A stretch of DNA of 64,000 nt from a bacterium (GCA_043767845.1 JAYUFZ010000016.1:2523-66522); one strand, 5' to 3'. Positions 19,218 to 28,774 are shown, counted from the stretch's first letter. Numbers and translations are program-made. The notes: generated from the letters alone by a model not told the origin.

Positions 19218-20486
19218 TTAGCCCTGCCAATCGTGGCTGAGCGACAGCGAGGTGGGGCTGACCGGAGCATCAATCTTCTCCACTTCGATGCGAAGTTGAG
19301 CGATGATGGCCTGGACGGTGGCGTGCGAGCTGTGGCGCTTGGCCAGGAATTCTTTCATTCCTAACACGCTCGCGGTCGGAATACGCGCGCCTACCATATT
19401 GGCCAGGTGGCCATTCTGCGGCGCTTCGATACGCATCACCCGCATATCTTGAGTGAGATCTCCCAGCCTCTCGATATTCCTTAGGTCCTTCTCGGTGGTC
19501 GGGATACATTCGGCGCAGACCTCGTCCCAGAGCTGTTCGAGCGCCGGGTTGGCGCCAAGGGTCAGGACGCCATACTTATAGGCGCCAATGTCCCTGGGCA
19601 CGACCGCGCTACGTCCACGGAGGACGGCCACGGCTCGGCTGAGATCGAACTCACGGTTCTCTGTGCGCTGGGAAAGCGGGGGTACAGCGCTGGCCAACTC
19701 TTCGGCCGTGGGATCACGGCGCATTTTTTTGGCCAACTGCTCGTGACAGAGTATCTGGCGGCGCTTCTCAAACTCGGCAAGCACGTAGGCATGCAGCAGC
19801 AGAAAGCCGTTGCTGATCTGGATACCACCCTCAGAAGGTTTCCTAGAAACCTGGTCGGCCATTTCAGCCAGCCCGCCATAGTCGAGGCTTGGCAATTGTC
19901 CGACCCGCTCTTCGAGGTAGGAGTCGTACATGCCAAACTTCTCGGTGTAGTCGCTGAGCTTCGGCGAAAAGGCCTTGATCAAGAAACGGTCCAGCACAGC
20001 CGCGAGGGCCTGGGTGGCGCGATTGAAGTTGGTTGTGGCGATGACGCTGTGCAGCGGGATGTGCTGCAGCGAATCGTCTTTCGACATATAGGACCGCTCG
20101 TTGAGGGCATTGAGCAAACCGCCGCGCAGGACCATGTCCGGTCCATCGAGCAGCTCGTCGAGGAAGGCAAAGATAGCCGTAAGCAGGCCACCTTCTTTGT
20201 TCCTGATATTTCGGCCTTCGGTGATGATCTTATTGATGATCAGGTTGCCGAAGAGGTCGTCGAGGATTGTTTCTTGGGAGATGCTCTTCTTGAAGATGGG
20301 CGCGCCGTGGAACATGCCGAAGGTCGACATGGCAAACTGGCTCTTGCCTGAACCTGGGAGACCGATCAACAGGACGTGCTCACGGGTCAATAGTCCCAAA
20401 AGCGTACCCTCAATGATGGTGTCATAGCCAGGAAAAGCTTTCTCGAGTTCGGCGAAAGCTGCCAACAGTTCGTCGCAGTAACTCAT
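19218..20486 (-). CDS. MoxR/RavA-like AAA+ ATPase
   Basis: EHVLLIGLPGSGKS, FLDE, LLNALNER and VLDRF motifs. Confidence 0.88.
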   Translation of the reverse strand: MSYCDELLAAFAELEKAFPGYDTIIEGTLLGLLTREHVLLIGLPGSGKSQFAMSTFGMFHGAPIFKKSISQETILDDLFGNLIINKIITEGRNIRNKEGGLLTAIFAFLDELLDGPDMVLRGGLLNALNERSYMSKDDSLQHIPLHSVIATTNFNRATQALAAVLDRFLIKAFSPKLSDYTEKFGMYDSYLEERVGQLPSLDYGGLAEMADQVSRKPSEGGIQISNGFLLLHAYVLAEFEKRRQILCHEQLAKKMRRDPTAEELASAVPPLSQRTENREFDLSRAVAVLRGRSAVVPRDIGAYKYGVLTLGANPALEQLWDEVCAECIPTTEKDLRNIERLGDLTQDMRVMRIEAPQNGHLANMVGARIPTASVLGMKEFLAKRHSSHATVQAIIAQLRIEVEKIDAPVSPTSLSLSHDWQG

Positions 20487-20640
20487 TGGTGTCCTTTTGT
20501 TGTAGGTGCTAGCGAGTCGGTCGCCAGGGCCGTGAGGTAGATTACCCTCATAGATATGCTCAATTGCTAAATTGAGCGCATGTATGAGGCCTGGGGCAGC
20601 CCCCGTAGCTTGTGGCTACGAGGGCTGGGTCTCCCCAGGG

Positions 20641-20865
20641 TTAGTGGATGTTGAACTTGGAGACGTACAGGGTTCGGGGAGGAGATACCTCGATTATTAC
20701 GACCTGTGAGTCTTTCTCGATAACCTCCTGACCGTCGTAGGGGTGGGCCAGGTAGTGCTCGCTACCACCTCGAATTGAGACGACAACTTCACCTGTTGTG
20801 TTTGGCCCGACTAAGCCCGTAACTCGGCCTGTCTTGCCGACGAGGCTGCTATCAGACGTTGTCAT
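20641..20865 (-). CDS. 74-aa NfeD-like OB-fold partner of flotillin
   Basis: VGKTGRVTG...GEVVVSIRGGSEHYLA...VVIIEVSPPRTLYV; overlaps the flotillin stop. Confidence 0.8.
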   Translation of the reverse strand: MTTSDSSLVGKTGRVTGLVGPNTTGEVVVSIRGGSEHYLAHPYDGQEVIEKDSQVVIIEVSPPRTLYVSKFNIH

Positions 20866-22258
20866 CTGCGTTGTCGGTTGAGCTGTCGGTGTCGGCCGGC
20901 TGTTCAGGGGTTGCCGGAGCGGTCGGTTCGACACTGGTGATTGTCGCTGGGGCGGCTGCCGGGGCACTGTTCTGAGCGAACATACTCTTAGCAAAATTGA
21001 AGCTGTTGAGTGCGGTGCCAACGACCTGCATGAGTGCAGCGTTGACGCCTTCGGCGCCGTTGAGGACGGTGAAGTTGTCGACGTGCTCAAAAGCTCCTGC
21101 CGCAGCCGCAACAATCTCTGGCCACTGCTTGGCCAGCTCTTGCATGATGACTGCTTCGGAGTTAGCGGCCAGGGCTTCGGCACGTGCCTGGATAGCTGCA
21201 CCTTCGGCCTTGCCCCTGGCTTCGATAGCCGCGGCTTCAGCCTTGCCCTTGATTTCGATAGCCGCTGCCTCAGCCCTGGCCTCCAGCTCAACTTTCTGAG
21301 CCTGGCCTTCGGCCTGGAGGACGGCGACACGGCTGGTTGCTTCTGCCGAAGCAATGTCGGCATCACGTTTCGCTTCGGCCGGTCGAATGACTGTTGCGAC
21401 CAGGATTTGCTCCTGGCGGGCTGCTTCGAGCCGGGCGGCGGAGGTCTCTTGCTCAACGACGGCTTGGCGGGCTGATGCTTGGGCCAGAGGTCCGGCTTGG
21501 GCGCTTTCAGCATTGGCCTTGTCGACCTCTGCTTGGAAGCCAGCTTCTTTGATCGAGGCGTTGCGTTCAGCTTCGGCCTTGAGGGCATTGGCTTCTTGCT
21601 CACGTTCGGTGGCTTCACGGTCGGCACTGGCCTGCGCGATTCGGGCGAGACTCTGGACGGCCGCGGTATGCGGCATGGCCAGATTCTTGATGTAGCCGCT
21701 GGGGTCATCAATCTCCTGGATTTGGAGTGAATCGACTATGAGGCCGAGCTTGGCCATCTCTTCGCCTGATGACGCGCGCGTCTTGGCAGTGAGCTGTTCG
21801 CGCTCGCGGATCATGGCCTCAACGGTCATGCTGCCGACGATGGAGCGAAGGTGGCCTGCGAAAACGTTATGGACGCGGGCGTCCATTTGGTCTTGCTGGT
21901 CTAGGAAGCGTCGCGCGGCGTTGGTGATGCTAGCGCTGTCGTCGCCGATCTTGTAGATGACCGTGCCCTTGACCTGGACGGGGATGCCTTGTTCGGTCGG
22001 GCACTCCACATAGAGGTCGGCTTGGTGCAGTTGCAGCGAGAGGCGCCGAACCTTCTGGACACCAGGCATCACAAGGGTGCCTTTGCCGGTGACGATTCTA
22101 AAGCCCATGTGATCGCCTGCTGTGTCGGTGGCTTCACCCTTGTCATTGAGGCCTGAGATTATCAGTGCCTCGTTTGGCTCGGCGACGCGCCATGTTGCCT
22201 TAAAGAGCACGATGGGTACGATGATCGCCGCAGCGATAATGCCTAGTAGCACGTACAT
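20852..22258 (-). CDS. flotillin/SPFH (band 7) protein, actinobacterial type
   Basis: N-terminal TM, AEPNEALIISG, GHLRSIVGSMT, IQEI and AEA coiled coil; start at MYVLL with AAGGA RBS. Confidence 0.92.
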   Translation of the reverse strand: MYVLLGIIAAAIIVPIVLFKATWRVAEPNEALIISGLNDKGEATDTAGDHMGFRIVTGKGTLVMPGVQKVRRLSLQLHQADLYVECPTEQGIPVQVKGTVIYKIGDDSASITNAARRFLDQQDQMDARVHNVFAGHLRSIVGSMTVEAMIREREQLTAKTRASSGEEMAKLGLIVDSLQIQEIDDPSGYIKNLAMPHTAAVQSLARIAQASADREATEREQEANALKAEAERNASIKEAGFQAEVDKANAESAQAGPLAQASARQAVVEQETSAARLEAARQEQILVATVIRPAEAKRDADIASAEATSRVAVLQAEGQAQKVELEARAEAAAIEIKGKAEAAAIEARGKAEGAAIQARAEALAANSEAVIMQELAKQWPEIVAAAAGAFEHVDNFTVLNGAEGVNAALMQVVGTALNSFNFAKSMFAQNSAPAAAPATITSVEPTAPATPEQPADTDSSTDNADDNV

Positions 22259-22532
22259 ATACTTCCTTCTGTTGTCGGTGGTACTCAGCGAATCGTTCGC
22301 TGCGCCGTGAGGTAGATTACCCTCAATACCGTGCTTTACTTTATATAAAGAAGGGGCAGGAGAGTCCATGAAGCTTTCATGGAAATAGATCAGTTACAAT
22401 AACTTTATTTGGGCAAATTGTCAATACTTTTTGACGTTTGTTTAGGGGTTGGGCCAGGGCGGAGCCGAACTTTGTGGGTTCGACCCCGCCGACTGGCGAA
22501 GGGTGGATGTTACTTAAGGGCCTCCTTAGGGA

Positions 22533-23204
22533 CTAGCCTTTCGTGGTAGGCGTTGCGGCTGGTGGGGCATCATGTGAGACCTTGATCCCGCCATCGGCAG
22601 TCGAATTGACTGCTCCGGCAGTGACGCTAGGCTTGGCGCTGGCTGCATCGTAAACGATGAGCGGCTTGGTGATGAGGTTTTGTGGTGAATCGGACTCTAG
22701 GTAGAGGCCATTCCACTTGATCTCGACACCTTCGGTGGTGAAGAAACCAATGCCGTCAGGTTCTGGACCCCAGGTACCATTGTCGCCAGGCGATTTAGTA
22801 GCTACTGCGTTGCCGCAGCTGCTACCGCAGTCGCTGTAGTTGATCTTATCCTCGACGGTCAGCTGGCTGTTAAGCGAGAAGACCATTCCTTGGATGGGGT
22901 ACTGGATGATCGGCTGCCCGACGTTGTTCATCAAGATGACGTAAGCCAGACGGTTGCGATCGTTCTGCCGGAGCAGGTTCTCGGTGAGCAGTGTACGCTC
23001 CAGCCAACCGCCTTTGACCATTGCCGCCAGGGGATATGGTGCGCCCCGTTCGGCAGACTGCTGATAGGTCTCGACGACGTTCTCACTTTGGGTCTGGCTG
23101 TCGGCTTCGGTTGGGCCTGTTTGGGTGCAGGCCGTTACGGTAACGGCAACAGCTACAACCGCGGCGATGATGCGGATGGGTCGGGGGATACTCGTGAATT
23201 TCAT
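22533..23204 (-). CDS. lipoprotein of unknown function
   Basis: Signal peptide with lipobox VTA-C; conserved-looking SLNSQLT, DNGTWG and IGFFT...IKW motifs. Confidence 0.8.
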   Translation of the reverse strand: MKFTSIPRPIRIIAAVVAVAVTVTACTQTGPTEADSQTQSENVVETYQQSAERGAPYPLAAMVKGGWLERTLLTENLLRQNDRNRLAYVILMNNVGQPIIQYPIQGMVFSLNSQLTVEDKINYSDCGSSCGNAVATKSPGDNGTWGPEPDGIGFFTTEGVEIKWNGLYLESDSPQNLITKPLIVYDAASAKPSVTAGAVNSTADGGIKVSHDAPPAATPTTKG

Positions 23205-23218
23205 GATGGTTACGTTCC

Positions 23219-23782
23219 TTACTTGGAGGTGGTGGGGAGGCAGTCGAAGGCGGCGAAGTCTTCCTGGCCGCTGGTGAAGACCTGGTCGTTGGACCGGATC
23301 TTGTAGGGTAGGTCGGCGTCGCGGAAGTCGCGGGCCGTGTACTGCTCGGTGCTGGCGTCGTAGCGAGCTACAACGTTGCGGCACTGCTGCTGGATTCCGT
23401 TGACCGAGGTCTGCAGATTGCTCTGCTGTTCGGCCATCGGGTCGAAGGCCGTACCATTGCCAACATTGGGGTGAGCTGCGTTGAAGCTATTCAGCGCGGC
23501 AGAGGCATCATCCAGTTTGAGGTCGAGTGCGCGGACCGATTCGAAATCGCTGTGGAACTGAGCTTGCGACTGGATGCGGTTGACGGCACTGTTCTTGATG
23601 ACTGCGGCATCGCCTTTGCCCTTGATATTGCTGGTGCTAACCCGCAGCTGCCATGCCACAACGGGCACGATTACGGCGAGCAGAAGCACAACTACCAGGG
23701 TGACGACTGCCCAACGCCGGCCGGTACTTACGATCTCGCGATCGTTCATATCGACAAAGTTTCCATCACTGTCGTATTTCAT
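23219..23782 (-). CDS. single-TM membrane protein with coiled coil
   Basis: TM at aa ~24-44, CRNVVARY motif, AAGGA RBS. Confidence 0.8.
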   Translation of the reverse strand: MKYDSDGNFVDMNDREIVSTGRRWAVVTLVVVLLLAVIVPVVAWQLRVSTSNIKGKGDAAVIKNSAVNRIQSQAQFHSDFESVRALDLKLDDASAALNSFNAAHPNVGNGTAFDPMAEQQSNLQTSVNGIQQQCRNVVARYDASTEQYTARDFRDADLPYKIRSNDQVFTSGQEDFAAFDCLPTTSK

Positions 23783-23997
23783 GAAGTTTCCTTAAGTTTT
23801 GGGGTACAAAGCGAATCAGTCGCTTAACTGCGGAGGAGGTTGCTCCCCCGTCGCCGGGATGAATTCAAGTTTCCCGGCGATAGGAGAGTAAGTAAGCAAG
23901 GGACAAAAAAAGCCCCGAGACACTGGCCGGGGTTTAGGCTAACCGCCGGGGTCAAAGGGACATTGTCGATACCGATAGCTTATTTAATTGTAAAGTC

Positions 23998-24026
23998 ATT
24001 ATAGGACATACATTTGAGTTTGTCAA
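23998..24026 (-). promoter_or_regulatory. consensus sigma70 promoter
   Basis: TTGACA-17-TATAAT on the minus strand. Confidence 0.85.
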
Positions 24027-24144
24027 TACCCCTAAACATGGCTCTGGAAAGCTAAGATAATATTCTGCCCTCGATTGGTGACAGAATTTGGGGGCTCTAG
24101 AATTGCCTTAGAAGGCCAAATCGGCTACACTAAACTTCGTCTTT

Positions 24145-24234
24145 GGAGAGGTCGCATAGTGGCCTAGTGCACCGCCTTGGAAAGGCGGCACGGGAGCAAT
24201 CTCGTCGAGAGTTCGAATCTCTCCCTCTCCGCCA
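24145..24234 (+). tRNA. tRNA-Ser(GGA)
   Basis: GGAGAGG acceptor stem, CCGCC-TTGGAAA-GGCGG anticodon arm, long variable arm, GTTCGAATC and encoded CCA. Confidence 0.97.
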
Positions 24235-24334
24235 TTGGATCTGTTCTGCATGTATTGCAGCATAATTCCAACGGCTATCTGATCTAAGCGTAAGCAATTT
24301 GATTATTTGTGCTTGGCCAGGTAATCTTCTTAGT

Positions 24335-24937
24335 ATGAAGAAGAAAACACAGCCCAAGCTCATAGATCACCTGACGGCTAAGCCGCATCGGACAGCTTTT
24401 ATCGCGATTGCAATCATGCTTTCGCTTGGCGTTGTTGCCTATGTGGGAGGGTTGCTCTTTGTCGCGACCCAGGGAGCCAAGCAGGCGAGCTCGCTTGGTA
24501 TTAGCGCCATAGTACTCAATGCTACAAGCACGCTCACGAGCGCAGCACCCGTTGACTTCAAGACTGGAGACATTTACTTTCCGCAGGCACGTTTATCTGT
24601 CCCCAGTGATTCAAGTTTTACCAACCTGCTATACGCCTATGTTCCAGAGGACAATTATCTCCTCATTAATAGCCGACAAGTACAAGGCCGCAATGAAGCC
24701 CAAATGTACTCTGCGCGTAATACCGAGGAAGCAATACGACAGATCCCCAAGCTGCAAGCCTGCCAGCGCGGTATTCGACTGGCCTATGCCAAGCTCAAAG
24801 ATGTTAAAGCCGGCGAGTATGACCTTCGCTCCACTGTGCGATTGAATAATGGCAAAGACATTTACATTTATCTGAACAAAAGCTGCCAAGAACTCTATCA
24901 GATAGCCGAACTGCTCAAAAAAGTCCGCGCGTACTAA
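24335..24937 (+). CDS. membrane-anchored hypothetical protein
   Basis: One TM helix; -10-like TAATCT just upstream of MKKK. Confidence 0.7.
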   Translation: MKKKTQPKLIDHLTAKPHRTAFIAIAIMLSLGVVAYVGGLLFVATQGAKQASSLGISAIVLNATSTLTSAAPVDFKTGDIYFPQARLSVPSDSSFTNLLYAYVPEDNYLLINSRQVQGRNEAQMYSARNTEEAIRQIPKLQACQRGIRLAYAKLKDVKAGEYDLRSTVRLNNGKDIYIYLNKSCQELYQIAELLKKVRAY

Positions 24938-24998
24938 TCGCCGTAAGCATAAGCATAAAACTATTGACGCTGGCTCCAATGCGGGTTATAGTATGTGC

Positions 24999-25148
24999 AT
25001 GTTGAAAGCATTTCAGTTCAAGTCACATAAAATTCTGACCGATTGCCCCGCCTATATGTCGGGCGATCTATTCGCGTGTGACTTGTCTCGTACTGCTTAA
25101 TTCTATAATTTAGTTAGACCAGACGAGTCTCCGACAACGGAGACTTTT
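24999..25148 (+). promoter_or_regulatory. putative leader-peptide attenuator
   Basis: 33-aa leader ORF 24999-25100; terminator 25126-25148; alternative pairings. Confidence 0.6.
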
Positions 25149-25237
25149 GATTTAGTGACTTGAACGAAATGTTTCTCTCGGAGGCTCTTCTCGCCTAGCA
25201 AAACTTGCTAGGTAGTACATACAAGAAGGAGCAAAAG

Positions 25238-25927
25238 ATGTTTGGACACTGGATGCAGATTGATGGCGAAAAGGCCAGCTTGCGTATGGGGCCGATTCGG
25301 CGCGAGGACATGTCCCGCTATATCGCCGAGGAGGCTAGCTGGGGGATGCAGAGCTACGAGGTTACCAAATACCTGGGCCGAACGCCTGGCGCGCCGACCG
25401 AAGTCGGTGAACAGGCATGGTGGGAGCGAGTCAGTGATGACAAGGAGGAGGTAATCTGGGGTGTTTATGTGGCCGATGGCGACGACTGGAAGCTCACAGG
25501 CAGCACCAGTCTTCGATACATGAACCCAGCCATGCACACTCGAGCCACCAGTGGCTACCTGTGTTTCGATCGCAAGTTCTGGAATATTGGTGTTGCTAGC
25601 TTGTCGCACCTCGCTCGCACGCTGTTTGCCTTCGACGAGCTTGGGATGCTTGCCATCGATAGCCACGCCTTGGTGGCCAATACTGGCTCCAATAAGGCTC
25701 TGCAGTCAGTAGGCTATGTGAAGAGCGGCACGTATTATGGCGCGACTCGTCCGGTACATGGTCAGGGGAGTGATACCAATGACTACACCTTGGTTAACCC
25801 GGCTGAGCATAGCTGGCTGTACTTCTGGCAGCGTCCGGAGGCCGAGATTCCGACCGAGTTCACTACTGCCCGCCAAAAGACCCAGGCGGCGCTCGAAAAA
25901 GCTCGCCAGATCGTGAAGTTTCTCTAG
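25238..25927 (+). CDS. GNAT acetyltransferase (RimJ/RimL-like)
   Basis: KFWNIGVAS, AFDELG and NTGSNKALQSVGY motifs. Confidence 0.85.
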   Translation: MFGHWMQIDGEKASLRMGPIRREDMSRYIAEEASWGMQSYEVTKYLGRTPGAPTEVGEQAWWERVSDDKEEVIWGVYVADGDDWKLTGSTSLRYMNPAMHTRATSGYLCFDRKFWNIGVASLSHLARTLFAFDELGMLAIDSHALVANTGSNKALQSVGYVKSGTYYGATRPVHGQGSDTNDYTLVNPAEHSWLYFWQRPEAEIPTEFTTARQKTQAALEKARQIVKFL

Positions 25928-26031
25928 TTCCTTCCGCCCACTCAACCGCCCCGGCCCAGAGCAATCTGGTAGCCGGGGCTTTTTCTTGGTAACAAAAAAG
26001 ACGGAGTTTTGTCCGTCTTGGGTGGATTGGA

Positions 26032-26700
26032 CTAGCGCTTGCGTCGACCCCTCACATGCGCACGAGGAACACCACGCTGCATGGCCTCATACTCGTTAGA
26101 AAGAAAGGCGATGAGCTCGGTTCGGGTGCCAGGGTTGAGACTGTCAGGCGGCGTGCGAAATAGAAGCTGCTTTTCGGTCGGATATGCGGTCAGTCCCTGC
26201 TTGATGAAGCGGCAGAGGCCGCTCTCGGGATTGAGCCAAGCCTCCATAACCAGGTGCTCAATGACCAGGGGCTCGTAGATGTCATAGAAATTCTGAATGG
26301 CCGACCTCAATGGGTAATACGACCAGGCATCGATGATCGCCATACGCCTGTCGTAGTCGAGCTTGTCGAAGGCCTGTGCCTCCAAGCCGCCCGGTACCGA
26401 TCGAACATGGTAGTTGATGCGGTCGGCGAGATGGGTCCAGTCATCACGATTCATGAATGATTCAAAATCGGACAGGTCGAAACGCGGTCTCGTTGGCTGG
26501 GATTCAAGGTTCTCGGATGGTGCCGCGGTTGGCGACTGGGCTTTGGGCAAGTTGCCGGACTTCCAGGCTTTTAACGCCCGCTTTTGCTCATCTGAACCCC
26601 ATTTGTCCCAGTTCAGCACTGCGACTGCTTCGGGCGTCTTCTTGGGACGCAGGATGTCGCAGGCCTGCTCGAAGGTCATCTTGGCCGTGGTGGTTGTCAT
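26032..26700 (-). CDS. hypothetical protein
   Basis: GAGGA RBS before MTTTT; coding-like composition. Confidence 0.65.
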   Translation of the reverse strand: MTTTTAKMTFEQACDILRPKKTPEAVAVLNWDKWGSDEQKRALKAWKSGNLPKAQSPTAAPSENLESQPTRPRFDLSDFESFMNRDDWTHLADRINYHVRSVPGGLEAQAFDKLDYDRRMAIIDAWSYYPLRSAIQNFYDIYEPLVIEHLVMEAWLNPESGLCRFIKQGLTAYPTEKQLLFRTPPDSLNPGTRTELIAFLSNEYEAMQRGVPRAHVRGRRKR

Positions 26701-26852
26701 GTAGTCCTCGATCGTAGGTGCTAGCGGATTGCCATTAAGCGCATAGGATAGCACATGCCTGTCTAGCCGTAAATACGAGCTCATTGACAAAATACTACAA
26801 TAATGTATAAATAACTCACCCGCACGTCAGTGCCCGAGCACCCGGAGGAATC

Positions 26853-27302
26853 ATGAACTTTGATGAAGCTATGGATAGGCATATGGACTGGCTTATCGCT
26901 CTGCCGAAGGCAATTATGTACTTGGGCGCCTTCGTCGCTACCGCTCCATTGCTACTCTTGGTGGCCATGGCCACTTCTAACAGCCAGCCCGACTCCCTCG
27001 GTCGAGCCACCTATCACTTCCACAGCACGTTCTACAGCTTCCTGGTGTGGGCCTACATTGCTCTGGCCGTTATGGTCGTCATTGTGACCTCCAACCGCTT
27101 CATGATCACTATCCAGTATACGATGGCAGCTGCCACGCTTGGTATCTGGACATACCTGGAAAACGGCGTCCGCAGTTATGGCATCCCCCTGCTGTCGCTG
27201 GTAGTGTTCAGTATTGTCACTACAGCTTACGCCTCGCTCCAGCTCTACTTGAGAACCTTCGGCGATAACTTCGATGATGAAACTGGCTTTGAGATCGTCT
27301 GA
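26853..27302 (+). CDS. 4-TM membrane hypothetical protein
   Basis: TTGACA promoter, GGAGG RBS and terminator. Confidence 0.75.
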   Translation: MNFDEAMDRHMDWLIALPKAIMYLGAFVATAPLLLLVAMATSNSQPDSLGRATYHFHSTFYSFLVWAYIALAVMVVIVTSNRFMITIQYTMAAATLGIWTYLENGVRSYGIPLLSLVVFSIVTTAYASLQLYLRTFGDNFDDETGFEIV

Positions 27303-27384
27303 GTCGCGCCCATCGTCCACCTGGCCCCGCCATCGGCGGGGTTTTTCATTTGTCAGAAATTGGCCAAAATCCGCGTTTTCAATC

Positions 27385-27453
27385 AGAAGGTTACCTTTTT
27401 ACGCAGAAGAAAGGTAACCTTCTATTTACATTCGGTATTTGTTTGGTATAATG
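27385..27453 (+). repeat. dispersed hairpin+promoter repeat, copy 2
   Basis: Near-identical to 1420-1498. Confidence 0.95.
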
Positions 27454-27503
27454 ACCCGCGGCTGATTTTGAGCATGCTAAAATAAGTAAAAGTGGAGGCC
27501 AAA

Positions 27504-28139
27504 ATGAAGATTACTAAGTTTGAACACGCCTGTTTGCTGCTCGAGGAAAATGGTAAGAAGCTCGTTATTGATCCCGGTAGTTTAGTGAGTAGGCTACCCA
27601 CTGACCTGAGCGTCGAGGCGATTGTGCTCACCCATATCCACGGCGATCATATGGACCCTGGACATATCCGGCAGCTAGTGGCTACTAATCCTGACCTGGT
27701 CATCTATGCGGACGCGGCGGCACTTGAGGCTTTGCAAGAAATTGATGCCAAAAAGGTCTTAGCCAAAGGCGGCCAGACCGAGCAGGTCGGTGGTTTTAAT
27801 CTGGAATTCTTCGGCCACGACCATGCTGTTGTTTTCGAAGTTGTACCCTGCGAGAATGTTGGCGTCATGGTCAACCACTCACTCTACTATCCTGGGGATT
27901 CCTATACCAAGCCAAATAAACCTGTCAAAACCCTAGCCTTACCTATATCTGGACCCTGGCTCAAGATCGGTGATGCCCTACAATTCATGATCGACGTCAA
28001 GCCACAGGAGATTTTCTCGACGCACGACTCGCTGCTGAGTGAAGACGGGCTGACATTTACCTTGGGCTGGGTCGACCGTATCGCCGACCGCGAAAGCATC
28101 GGCCACTTCCATCTAGCAGCTGGAGAGAGCTACCAATGA
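27504..28139 (+). CDS. MBL-fold metallo-hydrolase
   Basis: HACL, IDPG, THIHGDH and YPGDS motifs. Confidence 0.9.
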   Translation: MKITKFEHACLLLEENGKKLVIDPGSLVSRLPTDLSVEAIVLTHIHGDHMDPGHIRQLVATNPDLVIYADAAALEALQEIDAKKVLAKGGQTEQVGGFNLEFFGHDHAVVFEVVPCENVGVMVNHSLYYPGDSYTKPNKPVKTLALPISGPWLKIGDALQFMIDVKPQEIFSTHDSLLSEDGLTFTLGWVDRIADRESIGHFHLAAGESYQ

Positions 28140-28774
28140 AACACGATCGCTTACACGCCCTAGCCGATGGCATCTTCGCCATCGTAATGACCCTCCTGGT
28201 GCTCGACCTCAAAATCCCGGAACAAGGTGATGTGGTCTCGACGAGCCAATTGCTGGCCGCCGTCGGCCATCTGTGGCCCCTCTTCTTTAGCTTCGTGATG
28301 AGCTTTTTGGTACTCTTTGGCTACTGGCGGGCGCACAATGTGATCGTCTCGCAATACACCAAGAACCTCGATATGAACCTGATAACCATCAATATGGTTT
28401 TTCTGCTGTTCGTATCGCTGGTGCCGTTTTCGACCAACTTGCTAGGCCGCTTCATTGGCAATCGGGCGGGGATCATCATATATGGTATAAACCTGGGAAT
28501 GCTGGGCCTCACTCTCATGGCCGCCCGTAAGTACGCCGACAAAGCCGACAATATTGAAACCGCTGGCAATTGGACACTGCGCGACCGGCGCAACGGCTCA
28601 ATCCGCAGCTTCTTCCCAGTAGTCATGGCTATGGTAGCCGCCGGACTAAGCTTTTGGTCAATTCCATTGGCGCTATTTGTACTTATTAGCAGCGTCATTA
28701 TCAATCTGTTCACCAAGGGCCTGGATCCGCTGTTTTCAATGTTGGATGCGTTAAAAATCGGAATTGATGAGTAA
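28136..28774 (+). CDS. TMEM175-family potassium channel
   Basis: RLHALADGIFAIVMTLLVLDL and W..H motifs. Confidence 0.9.
   Translation: MKHDRLHALADGIFAIVMTLLVLDLKIPEQGDVVSTSQLLAAVGHLWPLFFSFVMSFLVLFGYWRAHNVIVSQYTKNLDMNLITINMVFLLFVSLVPFSTNLLGRFIGNRAGIIIYGINLGMLGLTLMAARKYADKADNIETAGNWTLRDRRNGSIRSFFPVVMAMVAAGLSFWSIPLALFVLISSVIINLFTKGLDPLFSMLDALKIGIDE

Noticed and set aside
20866-21711. 356-aa ORF overlapping flotillin
   Set aside because: Alternate-frame artefact; only the last 74 aa (NfeD-like) look real
17727-24234. Prophage or integrative element at tRNA-Ser
   Set aside because: No integrase, phage structural genes or duplicated tRNA 3' end were seen
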